From: Folioceros fuciformis
Lineage: Eukaryota
Reading direction: 5' to 3'
DNA length: 33,736 bases
NCBI GenBank assembly: GCA_049999805.1
Contig: JBNGIO010004367.1
Location: 1 to 33,736 of the forward strand
Shown: positions 1 to 13,962 of the stretch, in pieces
How positions within the stretch are numbered: the stretch's first letter is position 1
Layout of the letters: every line of letters begins with the position of its first letter
Translations under genes and position numbers: made by a program
The notes under the pieces: model-generated
What the model was told of the DNA's origin: nothing
The model's database searches: none
The model's input: only the letters and a program-made list of their open reading frames with translations

Positions 1-3000
1 AGCTTAAATTCAAACAAGGCTTTAATTCCTTTTTCTGGCTTGCGGTTGAACTGCACAGGAAACAACCTGCACTAACGTTTTACCGTATCGACTTGGTGCA
101 ACTACAGGGTGGAAATGTCCATGTAAGAACTGCGAGTGTGTTTCTCACTAGAAACTAGAAAACGATGAGCAAGTGAGCGTCACCTCAGCCACGGCAGCCT
201 CCATGGTGGACTTGTGGGCCTTTGCTTTCCCATAGTCTGCTTCGCCTCTTGCCATTCCATCCTCCCTGCTTTCCAGCTCAGATGCTTCAACTGCTTCCTT
301 TCCTTTCAATCCTTCAACACCAGTGCTTTCACCCTCAAGATCCATACTGTCTTGGTGCTTGACAGTCCACTCCATTAGCGCTTTAAGAACATTCACAAGA
401 CACTGCAGTTACATCCTACCAACACTTAGCATGTTTGAATTGAAAGGAACCAATGTGTGAGCAACCCATTCTTTGGAGGAACACGGTGCAATGCCACAAT
501 CCACTTCTTGCAATCAAACTACATCCTCGATCTATGAAATGAGGAGATACTGCACTGCAGCTACTATTTGCTGTGGCTTATCGACCACAACCTTCACTTG
601 AATGCGATGACAGTCATCTGAAGGAATTAAAACTACCTCTCTTGTCTACAAGTTCACAACAGTCATCCTCCGCTGTACTTTATCTAACAGGAAAACTTCA
701 TGCACTGGCATCATCAGAAGGCTTGAATACCAAGGAGAAGTCACCTGTAAAGATGAGACCTGGATGACCATCATATGTTCTGCTTCAGGACTATTTGGTT
801 GTTGAAGATCCGAGGTGCCTTGTGCAATCTTTGATAAAGAGTTGACCTGAGGAATTCCTTAGTTGCTGTGATCCAAGTAATGTAAGTTCACAGCTCCACG
901 CAATGAAGATCAATGAAGCCTCACCATGCGTTCAAACAAATTGGTTGCTGCCAAATCGCAATCATAGTTGACAAAGACATCTGCCAGTAGCTGAGGATCC
1001 AAGCACAGGCTCTCAAGCATTCTACACGAAACAGAACGGAGAGATTTCCTCAACGTGGAACACCATTTACATGACACTTGGACTGAGCTCAGAAGCAACA
1101 ACTCTCATGATCCTTTAGTGACGGGACAATATGGAAGGCCAGCAGCTCACAATCACTCAAAATAATCCAAGCAACTCCTTACTTCAAAACTGTCGTTTGC
1201 TGTGCAAGAGGTATTTCCAAATTATCTAGTGCCCTCAAAATAACTAAAGGAAAAAAGACTGCTACCTCCTCCTGCGAGGTAATGTCTTCATAATGAGAAA
1301 AAACCATTATGCATAGGGGTGCTGGCATAGATTGCAGTACAGAGATGAAACTACCTTCAGGATTCCCCTGAAACGTTGCAGCAAAACTGCAAAGATGCTG
1401 CAAGAGAACTGGACGAAACACAGTTGTTGATCAGACATGAAAATTCTCAGGGTGCTAAATCAAAAACTGCTGTGCAGGTAACAGACATGAATATTCTTGA
1501 GGTGCCAATTCAAAAAGTGTTCTCCAAGTAACAAAAAAAAAAGAAGATACTTGGACAACCTGGAAAATGAGGAGATTCGTTGATACACATGCTCGAAGTA
1601 GAGCATAACATAAGTATGCTTTCAAACAATCCAAAAGATGCAGATCAAGTATGGAACCGAAGTCAACATTCATCAACAGGCTCTGAAATGTGCCATGCAG
1701 TATCAGAAAGAACGGCTTTCACAGCCATGAACAGCCCTTTCGATGATGTAACAGACCTGTAAGACCTCAAGAGAAAGTATCCTGGTCTTGTCCACGACAA
1801 TATCGTCACCATCTTTCATCGACATCTGCCAGACAGCCAGAAACTACCAAAAACTCAACGTCGTGAACTCGCAAAATAATATGAATAGACGAAGAGAAGT
1901 TTTGCGAAGTCAAACCTAAGACATCCACAAATCTATATCCCCCTGCTCCCACGCCTTTACCTCACAGATGGTCCGAACAATTAGCAGAGAATCCTGCTCG
2001 TCTATTGTAAAATTGCTTGTGTACAGCCCCCTGTCACATTAAACTTACGTCATTGTTGACTTGGTAATCTGACATCCAGCGACACTCAGAACCGGGGTCA
2101 GGTTTACTGAGTTACAAAAGGCTTACTTTCCTGTCGTTGCTTGACCCTCTGCAAAAACAGCCTGACCCAGTGCAGCCTCCAGACCCTGCCAAGGCCAGAG
2201 ATTCCTGACATCGGACCATCCGTGAACAGCAACAGAGACATTTGGATGAAATGGAGTTTAAACTACAAGGTATACCAAATACGTACCTTTACATTAGAAC
2301 CTCCAGCAAGGGCCTGAAGTTCTTGCAAAGTCAACTTTGAGGTTGGTGCGGTTTCACCTGAAGCCCTCTTGATGCCCACGCTGACGGCACTAGTTTCAGG
2401 CTTATGATCGTCAACAAGAGAAACCCTATTGACTCTGTCCACCGTCTTGGGTAAACCTTCACCATCTGGATGACTATTTGCTGCCCCCAAAGAACTCTGC
2501 ACAATTCAAGCCGGCCTTCTCTTTACATGAGGGAATAAGGCCCATTATTCTCGTGCTTCCTGTAGCTTTCAGCAATGGGTCAAGAACATTAACTTATCAT
2601 GGTCGGGCTGTGCATCGGTTCTTAAGTTAGATTGCTTTTCTCTGTACCTGTACCTGCACCGGGGACTCAAGCCTCTTGCATTTCACTATGCTCATTTGTG
2701 TCAGGGTTGCCTTCGCGGTTGCCTGATTTACAACACTCTTGCTGAAAACAATAATGTAGTCATTAACTAAGAGTCCAGTAACGGAATACCATTTCAACAT
2801 GGAATAGTTGTATGAGGAGTACTGGTATCAGCAAGAGCATACAAACAACATGCTACAAACCTGCTCAATGCAATGTTGTAGCATGTTATCATAGCTGTCA
2901 GCAGGCAGCTCCCATGCACTGTGAAAGTGAATACTAAGAGGAGCACAATTTATTCAATGTGGGAGAGAATCAGCCAAGTGCACCAGACCTAGTACCTTCA

Positions 3001-4199
3001 AATGAGGAAGATGCAACAGCAGTAAGCAGAGCCTTGATCACTTGCAGCACCACTCTAAGGGACAAACCATAGCCGGAGGTCACCAAACACAGCTACGTAA
3101 GCCGCAGAAGTCCTCTAATAAGTCAAACTGACCGTAACTGTTCTTAATTATTTTCGAAAAATCAAGTGAGCTTGTCTTACGTATCAGATGCGTTGTTGTC
3201 AGCGCAAGCACATATTACATTGAACAACTGAGTTGTCATGCTTTCGTTTTTCCCACTGTTCTCAAGGCCAGCTACACCTTCCAACAGCCCAAACGCTATA
3301 AGTTTCTGTCACAAAACATGCGGTAGCATGGAATATTATGAAAGTGTAACAAATTTTAGATAGGAGATGCCAGAAGAGCCTATTCAAGCACTTCAGTTGT
3401 ACAATTGCCTCCTTCGATGTGGGGAAATTTTGAACTCCCAGACTCTCAAATGCTCACAACTGCACCAACTCACTCATCCTGACAAGGTGGGAGTTTTAAA
3501 TCTCTCCACAGTGGAGGGCACCACAAAATGCAGCCAGTCACGTGTATTCGTCCCATCAGACACACACACCAAGATTTTGGGCACCTACGTGAAAACAATC
3601 CAACGCTGTCTCTACGAGCTTGGTTTGCTTGCTTTGGATGGCAAGGCGCAATGGAAGAACAGCTAGATCAACTTGAAAGTCCTCTGGATTGCTGGCACCT
3701 TCAGCCAGTGCCACACCGATAGCACTTGACGACGTCAACGGAGGACCTAGCAGCCTTTGGAAAAACGATGGAGTTCCTGCTTGTGGGATGGCCTTCGAGC
3801 TATTGGAGGTTCCTGGCCCCTTAGAGTTAATTTCTTCGGACTCGCTACAGAGCAAATCAATTCCATATCAGCAAGAGAGACAGTAACTAGTCTGCACACT
3901 ACAATAACACCAAGGAGAGCTCAATAACCAGCTGTAGTACAGATGGTAGATCACCTGTCGTCCTTAGCACCCGTGGTCGAACTCTTCACCATTTCTACAA
4001 TCACATCCCCCCTCAGGTACAAAATCCATCATCATAGTGCTCGGAACACGCATGCATCGATCCCGCAGGAAAGAGTAGCTGAGTGACAACCTAAGTAGAC
4101 CTTGATAGCCTCCCGCAAGACTCCATTTTTCCTTCCTGTAGCGTCTTTCAGCATTCGCTCAAAGGCCCGAGTGACAAACGACCCCACCGCATCCGCCAT
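1..4199 (-). CDS. BIG5: Brefeldin A-inhibited ARF guanine-nucleotide exchange factor, BIG5/MIN7/BEN1 type; 5' multi-exon part, gene runs off the left edge at the start of the Sec7 domain
   Basis: ATG at 4199; exon 1 (4199-4091) reads [24 protein letters not shown], resembling the BIG5 N-terminus. Further exon peptides: [22 protein letters not shown] and [11 protein letters not shown] (DCB region), [36 protein letters not shown] (HUS box), [28 protein letters not shown] (Sec7 start). GT-AG introns. Not every exon boundary was resolved. Confidence 0.9.
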
Positions 4200-5874
4200 C
4201 CTCGGTAGTTCAACTTAAGGGGCCTCCTCACAGGATTATTTCAATCTCCTAGGTCCAGATGGAGTGCAGGCCATTGCGTTGCGATGTCGCAAAACCCTAG
4301 CCTTTCAGGAGACTTCTCAGTGCAGTTATGTTAGCTTTGAGCTGCTGCTTCTTCTGGGGGTCCTAATGCAGTCCATCGCCTAAATCGGTGGCAGTACCGA
4401 TTTGCGTTTCCCAATCAGTCTCGTCGAGTGAGCATCCAACACGGCCGTGAATCTAAGAGCAGATTGCGGAGGAAGGGACGGGCTCGCAGCAAGGAGCTGC
4501 AGCTTCGGGAGCTAATTGTGCTGAATCATGCTGCTGCGCAATTTGTTCTCATCGCATGCAAGGCTGGCAACAACAGGAGCCGCGAGACAGGGGACACATA
4601 TACATGCTTGCAATGTAGCTATACACCAGATGGCACAGCAAAGCATGATTCCGCGAAAGGAAATGAGAGCACTGTGCACAAGGCGACTCACGAGATGTCG
4701 CATGCCAGGTACCAGGGCACTCTAGGTCGGTTTGCATGCATGACGAACAGTGCGTCTTCCAGTTCACTACATTTTCCATCGGGGCTCCCGTCTTCCTTTC
4801 TGGCCGTGCCATCGTATCACTCTGCGAGCATCCTTCAAGCTCCCACGTTTTCCATCGATATGTGGAAATCTGGGACATTTGTGCACATCTAGCCACTAGG
4901 TAGCGTCAGACGGAGACATCCCAACAAGCCATACAAGCCTAGAAAGCTATGGATCGCTTCGGAGTAGGCAACAAGCCTCCAGAAGCCACCTACACGCAGC
5001 AGAACATGCAGCAGTAGCATACATGTGCTGTGCAAACCCAACTTCCCATGTCAACACGTCCTCTGAAGGTAAGGGGTGCAGCATCCTGCCATGCATGTTC
5101 CGGACAACCCGTTTGGCCACACACACATGCCCACCACGCAGCTGCCCAACAGGACGTTACCCACAAATCCTCTTTCGAGGACCAGACAATCCAGCTGCCA
5201 GAGACGTCCCATGCCACCACACTGTTCAACCAGGCATGCATCTTTCCGTTCATCACATTTGGCATACCCAGATACACGGACATTCGATGTCCCCGCATGC
5301 TATGTGGCCGCGCTGTTAAAACCACGCGTACATCTTCCAGGTCGTGCACGACCTTTTGCAGAGACAGGTACCAGGAGTTTCCGTGCCACCACAAGAAAGA
5401 TTCCAAAGCGGCTTGTGCTCCAATCTAGGAAGCGGTGAAACAAACATGACACCGGACATGAAAGGAAGGAGTGCATTCATCAGGCTCAGTGCACCTCGTG
5501 CTCATCCAGGCAGATGCCATCAAGAAGCTGCCCAACAACTGACTGATGAGTGCAGCTGCCTCAGCCATTCCGTGCCACCACGTTCGATGCGGACGAAGAC
5601 ATGGCACGCATCTTCCTGACCGATTTCCGATCCAAACACTCAGGAGAGCGAGCCTTCCTCGCACCATCGTGCAGTGATTCTTAATCTACAGGTGGTTTCT
5701 ATAAATAATCATACAACACGGTTTGTCATACACCCATGTCTTACGGGAAGATCTCTCACGTCTTTGGTCTTCAAAGGTAGGAGAGAAAAGACTTTAAGGA
5801 AAGAGATTAAGGAAAGATCTCTCACTGATAGCCTATACCACAATGCACAATGAAAAGTATATGTCTTTGCAGCA

Positions 5875-6170
5875 CTATCCAAATAGGGCTACATAGAAGA
5901 AATTTGGAGAAGTGTCTTGGGCTGGCATGTACCCACACGTTTCACAAGATGGTCATTAGCTCTTCAACTGAAATTAAATATATAAATATTAGATGAGTCG
6001 AAACTTAAAGAGAACTACATATACACAGTTGAATTCTTGTAACAGCTGGCTACAGTGAAGTATTTACTATCATCTGCCTAATGTGGTACGCTAAGATGAG
6101 GTCTTAAAACAAATCTAATGCATGCTTCGACTATACCAAAGAGGACAAAAGAGACTGCCGACTTTTTCAT
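5875..6170 (+). mobile_element. Possible heavily degraded Ty1/copia reverse-transcriptase fragment
   Basis: Broken peptides LSK*GYIEEI(L)EK, VEFL*QLAT and MLRLYQRG occur in the order of copia RT motifs LSQxxYIxxILxxF, VGSLxYL and RVLRYLxGT. Stops and frameshifts are needed, so the match is weak. Confidence 0.25.
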
Positions 6171-6191
6171 TGACACCACCAAAGTGTGAGG

Positions 6192-7004
6192 TGTGACTTG
6201 TGGGCTGTGGTGCGTATGACGAGAAGGGTCTAACCTCCAAAACCACCCTTGCCTGGCCTAGTCTTGGGGGGCGGGAGCCAAGCTCGGCTGCGCACGGCTA
6301 CCTCACGCCAGGCAACCGTGATGGCTTTGGTGACAATGACCTCCAATAGGGAAGGCTATGGAGGAACGTCCACCACATATTCCCAAAGATACCCTCTGGT
6401 TGGGCCTCCGAGTTAGGCTCCGGAGGGGCATCTACCAAATATTCGCAAAGATACCTCAAAGATAGTAGTAAAAAAATATGGAGCGCCCTCTGTTCCCGTT
6501 TGTGTGCCATACCATATCCCATGAAGGGGGAGACAACATTGAACAGCCTCGTAACCCTGACAAGGAATAAAGTAGAAGCCACATATCCGCCCTCCCCCAA
6601 GTGTTACAATAGCGGTTCCGTACTGTCAGTACATAGTTGTTGTTCCTCCATGACTTGTCTTGTCTGATGCAGTGCACACAGTAATAAGCAGAGGTCAGTT
6701 GTCCACCTGCAGCACGCCTGAGACTCCACCCTATTTCCTAGGCGAGTGTGCCTGCGTATGAGACGGGGGCAAATCCGAGGAAGAAAGGAAGGAATAGAAG
6801 GCTAGAGATGGAATATCTAGAAAGACGAAGGCGTCGAACGCGCAATTATCCTGGGAAAGCTGAGACGCCGGTAGGCGAGGGGCTCGAGGCCTTCACGATT
6901 TCATCCACGCCGCGACGACGCAGACGATGGCGCGTGGTTGGAGTTGGCGTGGAACGTGGCAGATATTGGAGGCACAGACAGTCTGTATGTACGAGGGCAT
7001 CACA
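6192..7004. mobile_element. Candidate solo LTR (813 bp)
   Basis: Termini TGTGA (6192)...TCACA (7004) are inverted repeats with TG...CA ends. Flanks are TGAGG (6187-6191) and AGAGG (7005-7009), a 4/5 match to a 5-bp TSD. No credible protein inside. Confidence 0.4.
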
Positions 7005-7981
7005 AGAGGACGTATGAGTGTGTACATACTTGAAGCTGGTGCGCGGAGCGAATCTGGTTTCCAGTTGCCTCGGTCGTGCTAGCAGGCTTCGGTCACATCG
7101 AGGAAGCCCGGCCCTGGCTCCGGTCCGGGTCCGGGTCTGGGTCCCGGCCCGACACGCAGCGCCCGCACTCGGTTCGTACCTGCGTTCGGAACTCGATAAA
7201 GTGAATATGTATGGATGTACCGCGTCCGAACAGTGACGGTAGCTCGCTCTCCCGGACGCCAAGGAAATTGGTGGCAGGGCGGGTGCCGTGCATGTGCACG
7301 ATTTCTGTACTGCGACACTGGCATGGAGGCCTGGTCAGCGCCTCCGCCGTGCGACCTGGTACGGTGGCAGGCCCGGCGCAGAACGGCCCAGAACGGGACT
7401 GGCCGGCCCCGGGACCCGGGCCCCCAGTGTCAGGCTGTGATGTCAGAATGCTGGCGTCCGGGAGAGCGAGCTCCCATGTCGACCACCTGCATTCAGGCCG
7501 CCACGGACTCGGTCTGCGGCTTCTACCTCTGCGCGCTGCCGTGCCGGCTTGCTTGCTTGCCACGGCTGTGCGAGCTCACGAATCCCGCGCCCGTGCTCGG
7601 CTGCGGCGCTGTGGAGGCGTGCCTGCGACGGCTCTCGGCGGGGAGGTGGAGGATACTGGATTCCTGCGGGAGGCGGGAAAGGGAGGGAGGAATTGGCTCG
7701 GGCCGAATGGTGTGTGCGGGCGGCGCTGCGAGGTGGCCGCCTGTGGCAGCGGCCGCCAGGAGTCTTGGAGCTGGAAGAGTAAGGTGTTTTGCGTATCCGG
7801 TTTGTCGGAAATTTGGTGTGCTTATGCTGGCTGTGGTTGGAGGATGGCGTGAGGTGGAATGTTTGGCGCTGGATGATGTTGCAGGACGCGGTGGTTGGAG
7901 GATTCGCTCGGGGGAGCTGCGCCTCGAGTGGTGTAGGTTCATCCCGTGATTCATGGTTTTGACCAAGGGAATGTACAAGGC

Positions 7982-10330
7982 ATGGCGGGGCCGAAGCGGA
8001 GGCGTGGAGTCTTCTGTGCTGGAGGCGCCCTAACTTTGATGTTCTTACTGCAAGCGTATGGATGGCTTAGTGTAGGGGAGTGTAAGGCGGTTTTGGTGGG
8101 AGGGGACTACCACTGGCGTGCTCCCCCGGAGAATGACACTGCCTTTTTCCAGGAGTGGGCCGATTCTGTCTCCCCGCTTCACGTTGGGGATGCTATAAGT
8201 AAGCTGGTCATCTGCAGAGCCTGTGCCTAGGTGATGGTATGGTTGTTTGGATCGCGGAATGTTGATATGTGTTTACTCTTTGTTTTCTCTACATGGTGAC
8301 TGAAGTTTCCTGCTGTCTGTCCTGACATGACTGCTGCGCACATTCGTGTTGCAGTCTTCGACTATGGCGCACCTTATTCGGTTTACCTTGTCGATGAGGC
8401 AGATTTCAAAAACTGCGACAGCAACCATACCTCCGAGGTTTCGCCTGGAGGAAATATTTCTGTGTTGCTCAATACTCCTGGCCTTGCCTACGTTATCGAT
8501 GGCTTGTTCTGCACCCAGGGCATGTTATTCAGTTTGCTCGTGGCTCCACTTCCTAGCGTCGACGCTGGATCCTTCCAACCCCCCAAGGCTCAAAAAATAG
8601 ATATTAGTGGACGACAATATAAGTCCGAGACTGTGATCGGAGGTATGGACGAGTCTTGTACATTGTGTAACGAAAATTTGCTGCTTCGTCGTGCAATCGT
8701 TTGTTTGATTCTTCGCTTGATTCCTGCGCAACATGACCTTTTTCTGTTTTTTTTTTTTCTGGCAATGCAGCGATAATGGGAGCGTTCGGAGCCATCTTTT
8801 TGTGTGCTCTTTCGTGCTTTATCCACCGCACTTTTTACAGAAATCGGGGTGAGCTCCCTGATTTGTCGGACATGTATAGAATGAGGGAGTCTGCTCCTCC
8901 TCCGGTGACAGTTAAATCAGAGGTCGATGGTGCCACACAAACAGGCCACACTGTGGGCTTGTCAGCCTCACGTAGCATTAGGGAAGGTCTAGGGATCGAA
9001 GGTCCAAGTCATCTTTCTCTCTCTTTTTCTATGGGAGGTGCAAAAGTGTTTTCCCTACAGGAAGTCAAGGATGCAACCAGGGAATTTGCGAAGGATTTCT
9101 GTATAGGGGAAGGGCAATATGGAAAGGTTTACAGGGGTAGGTTGTACGTGAAAGAATTACATGCGACGAGGGAGGTTGCTGTGAAGCGACCAAAATTTAG
9201 GAAAGCTTGGAAAGACTTGGATCTAATAAACTTTGAGCTAAGTGTCATGGGGGCTGTTAGTTCGAGGAACCTGGTACAGTTGCTTGGTTATTGCTATGAG
9301 CATGAAGGTGCTCCCCCTGTGTTAGTATATGAGCTTGTATCAAGAGGATCCTTGTCGGACCATCTGTTTGGTTACAGACTCGGGAGCCTCGCAAGCAGCA
9401 TACCTGACTCGTCTCAGGGGACCAAATTCCTAGGTGTGCAAGGCCTAATCGTTCCATAATTGTATATGTATTTTTCTCCTGTAATCAGGTTCTTGAGGCT
9501 GTCCTCCTGATTGGAGAATGCTGACTCAATGTTTCCATCTTTTGCCAGACTGGGACAGGAGGCTGCAGATAGCGATTGGGACTGCCAAAGGCTTGGAGTA
9601 CTTGCATACCTCTAGTCATCCTGCCCTGCTCATTCACAAGGCTGTGAATACGGGGAATATCTTACTAGACGATGAGTTCCAAGCAAAAGTGGCAGATTTT
9701 GGGCATTTCGGATCAATTCCTGGCCAGCAATCAAGCGTCAGAGGCATGTAATCTCACCCATGGAGGAGGTGGGAGTGTGAGGTCACCGCATTGATCGCTG
9801 ATAACCTGATGATGCCCGCAATGTTTTGTTTGCTGCAGGATCCAATGGCTTTGTTGACCCCTACATTGAAGGCCCGTTCACTGATCGCTCAGACATTTTT
9901 AGTTTTGGAGTGGTTCTGATGGCGCTTGTTACGTCCAAGAGGCCGTATGAACAACCATGGTGTACAAGTGACGGCAACTTTGTGGATCCCTTCTTTACGT
10001 TCATTAAGAATCACACGGTGGAGCGCATCCTGGATCCTGAACTCACTCAACGAGAGGGTAATGAGGGAATCGAAGAAATGAAGACAGTCGCAAAGGTTGG
10101 CAGTCGTATTTTTTGAAGTGTCTTCGCTTTGTGGATACTTTGGTGATGGATGCCGTTTTAAGTCCGTGAACTGAAATCGCTGAACGCGCATCGTGTAGAT
10201 CGCCGCCTCATGTATGATGAGAAGAACAGAGCACAGGCCTTCAGCGAAGGATTTAGTATTCTCGCTGGAACAAATTCAAATTGAACGACAACGGAGAATT
10301 AGGACTGATGCTAAGATAGACGCAGGGTGA
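7982..10330 (+). CDS. Phytocyanin (ENODL-like) ectodomain receptor-like kinase, copy 1; predicted pseudokinase
   Basis: Exons 7982-8198, 8355-8642, 8771-9433, 9549-9743, 9839-10095, 10199-10330. Signal peptide; plastocyanin-like domain (VLVGGDYHW...FFQEWA...VGDAIIFDY...DFKNC...FCTQGM); TM ([21 protein letters not shown]); kinase motifs [45 protein letters not shown]. Catalytic loop reads HKAVNTGN. Intron 9744-9838 needs a GC donor. A one-base shift near 10325-10327 would extend the tail to 10530. Confidence 0.85.
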
Positions 10331-10720
10331 CAAACGAGCGTCACATGGAGTACCTCTCTAGGAATTTCAAAATATGCACTGTAAATTTGGACAGAGACGG
10401 AATACGAACTTCTGGAGATGTGCACGACATAATTCGGACCTCGGCATCTCTCCGTCATGGTGAGGGACACATCATCCAATTGTACAGTCCCACTCTTTCG
10501 AACCGCCCAACCCTGGAAAAAGTGAAATAATCAAGGGTACAACTTGTCAGAGCGGAGATCTTACTCTATAGTCGTGGGCTTTGGGAATCAGAGGATCCGA
10601 GTGTGCAAATACATACCCAGTGTCTACTCAGTTAGGGCATTTGAGATAGGGCTCACTTGGCGAGGAGTCTTGGTGGTGAGTGTTTGTTGGACGGTTGAAA
10701 AATCATGTGCTGGAACCACT

Positions 10721-12054
<1,334 letters not shown>

Positions 12055-12082
12055 TCATCCATACATGTACAGCTGCGCTTCA

Positions 12083-12255
12083 CTCTTGGTCCCGTGCCTC
12101 AGAAAAGAAAGTTCCTCCTATACTTACTTTCGTCTTTCAGCTGATGGTCCTCCGGCACGCTTTCCTCTTGGTCCCCTGCCTCAGAAAAGAAAGTTCCTAT
12201 ATAGATACTTACTTTCGTCTTTCAGCTGATGGTCCTCCCGAACGCTTTCCTCTTG
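12083..12255. repeat. Tandem duplication of an ~82-85 bp unit (two copies plus a short tail) in the DIM1A/UCH divergent promoter
   Basis: ctcttggtcc(g/c)tgcctcagaaaagaaagttcct...atacttactttcgtctttcagctgatggtcctcc...acgctttc starts at 12083 and 12165; ctcttg recurs at 12250. Confidence 0.9.
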
Positions 12256-12426
12256 CGATTGAGCCCCAAATATTAGGTCTGCGCTGAAAGCGAATACTTT
12301 AGGTTTTGGGTCTGACCTCGGGCAGGTACATGGACTTGGATTTCTGAAGCTTCCGTGACGAGTGGCGACTAGCGTGCCTGAGCTGCTCGATTTTTTGAGG
12401 TCGGGGGATACCAGGCAGGGCCAACC

Positions 12427-13962
12427 ATGCAGTGGTGTACTATAGAGTCCGATCCTGGTAAATGTATGCGTAGGCGTGTGCCTTTCTCGTGGTTTTGTCT
12501 CGTTCTGTTCTGCTCTGTGGCTTACCTTTGCCTCCGGAATATTGCAGGCGTGTTCACGGAGCTTATCCAGCAGATGGAGGTGAAAGGAGTCCAGGTGAGG
12601 GGATGTGATGGGGGCGCTGGTGCAAGTGCTATGTGTCTGGTTTATCCAGTTTTCAGTCACAGATGTACCTAGGACTTCTTTTTTTCCATGCGCCCGAATG
12701 CGCATGAGACGCAGGTCTGAAGTGCAGGGGTCTACTTTGTGCCAGTTTGCTCATGACTTCTAGGCGTGTGCCAGGTTGAAGAGCTCTACAGCCTTGATCT
12801 GGACATCCTTGAAGCGCTGAGGTGAAGAATGGCTGACCTGAGCTGGATTTTTTTAATGTTAAAGTCTTGTGTTGGGATGAAATTAACGTTTCGGCTTTTT
12901 GTTAAGCAGACCCGTGTACGGACTCATTTTCCTGTTCAAATGGCGTCATGGAGAAACGGATAGTCAACCCGTTTTGCAGGAGTATAACCCTAATTTATTC
13001 TTCGCAAGTCAGGTGTGGAATCGGAATTGATGTGGATGAAGATGTTGGAACTCACTTGATTGCTTGGGGTCGAGGTGCGCTGTGGTCGAGGAAGTATTGC
13101 CTGAAGTGTGGTTGGCTTCAATTGTTCTGGGCTGCGTCGAGCATCCTTACTAAGATGTTGCTCCTGGCATGTGTTCCAGGTTATAAACAACGCTTGCGCA
13201 ACGCAGGCCATTCTGTCCATTCTTATGAATAGGCCTGAGATTGACATTGGACCTGAGTTATCTATGTTGAAGGAGTTTACGAGAGAGTTCCCCCCAGATT
13301 TGAAGGGACTCGCCATAAACAACTCGGATGCCATTCGAACGGCTCATAACAGTTTTGCAAGGCCCGAGCCGTTTGTCCCCGAAGAGCTAAAGGCAGCCGA
13401 CAAAGACGATGATGTTTATCACTTCATCAGCTACCTCCCCGTGGATGGTGTTTTGTATGAGCTGGACGGGCTTAAGGAAGGGCCCATCAGTTTAGGATCG
13501 TGTAGCGATGATGGAACTGACGATTGGTTGAAAATGGTGAAACCGGTGATTCAAGAAAGGATACACAAGTACTCTCGAAATGAGATTAGGTTCAACTTGA
13601 TGGCAGTCATCAAGAACAGGAAGGATGTCTATCTGGCCGAGATTGCAGAGTTGGAGAGGAAAAAGGAGCTGTTACTTCAGCAGGCCACCAGGGCGAATGA
13701 GTCTCACGATGTGTCTATCCTGGGTATGTCATCCATGGCACAAGTTTCCCGTGCAGTGGGAGAGGTGGAGTCCAAACTAGAGCTCTTGAATGAGAGGATC
13801 TTCGTGGAAGACGAGAAGTTCAGGAAGTGGCGGACAGAGAACATCAGGCGGAAGCATAACTACATTCCGTTTCTGTACAATTTCGTGAAGCTTTTGGCCG
13901 AAAAGAAGCAGCTCAAACCTCTGCTCGAGAAAGCTAGACAGAAGACTCAATCGTCGTCGTAG
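12427..13962 (+). CDS. UCH2: Ubiquitin C-terminal hydrolase, UCH37/UCHL5 type (plant UCH1/UCH2, peptidase C12)
   Basis: Exons 12427-12457, 12548-12594, 12775-12821, 12910-13012, 13180-13962. [43 protein letters not shown] (catalytic Cys), YHFISY (His), LYELDGL (Asp), and C-terminal [12 protein letters not shown]. Confidence 0.96.

Noticed and set aside
4428-5700. Many overlapping 60-150 aa ORFs on both strands upstream of BIG5
   Set aside because: No recognisable motifs or consistent exon chain; Cys/His/Thr-rich translations suggest non-coding or repeat-derived DNA.
7079-7978. Long overlapping ORFs of 150-244 aa, including 7211-7852 and 7215-7949
   Set aside because: Very GC-rich, so stops are rare in all frames. 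Translations are low-complexity R/G/P/A, so this is more likely the promoter or 5' region of RLK copy 1.
8090-8642. Interpreting the phytocyanin exons as stand-alone GPI-anchored ENODL genes (also at 14725-15541 and 27572-26524)
   Set aside because: No stop or GPI signal follows the domains. Phase-compatible splice sites lead into TM and kinase exons in all three loci.
10327-10530. Separate 67-aa ORF after RLK copy 1
   Set aside because: No ATG at its start and no motif. It is either 3' UTR or a frameshifted tail of copy 1, which cannot be decided without reads.
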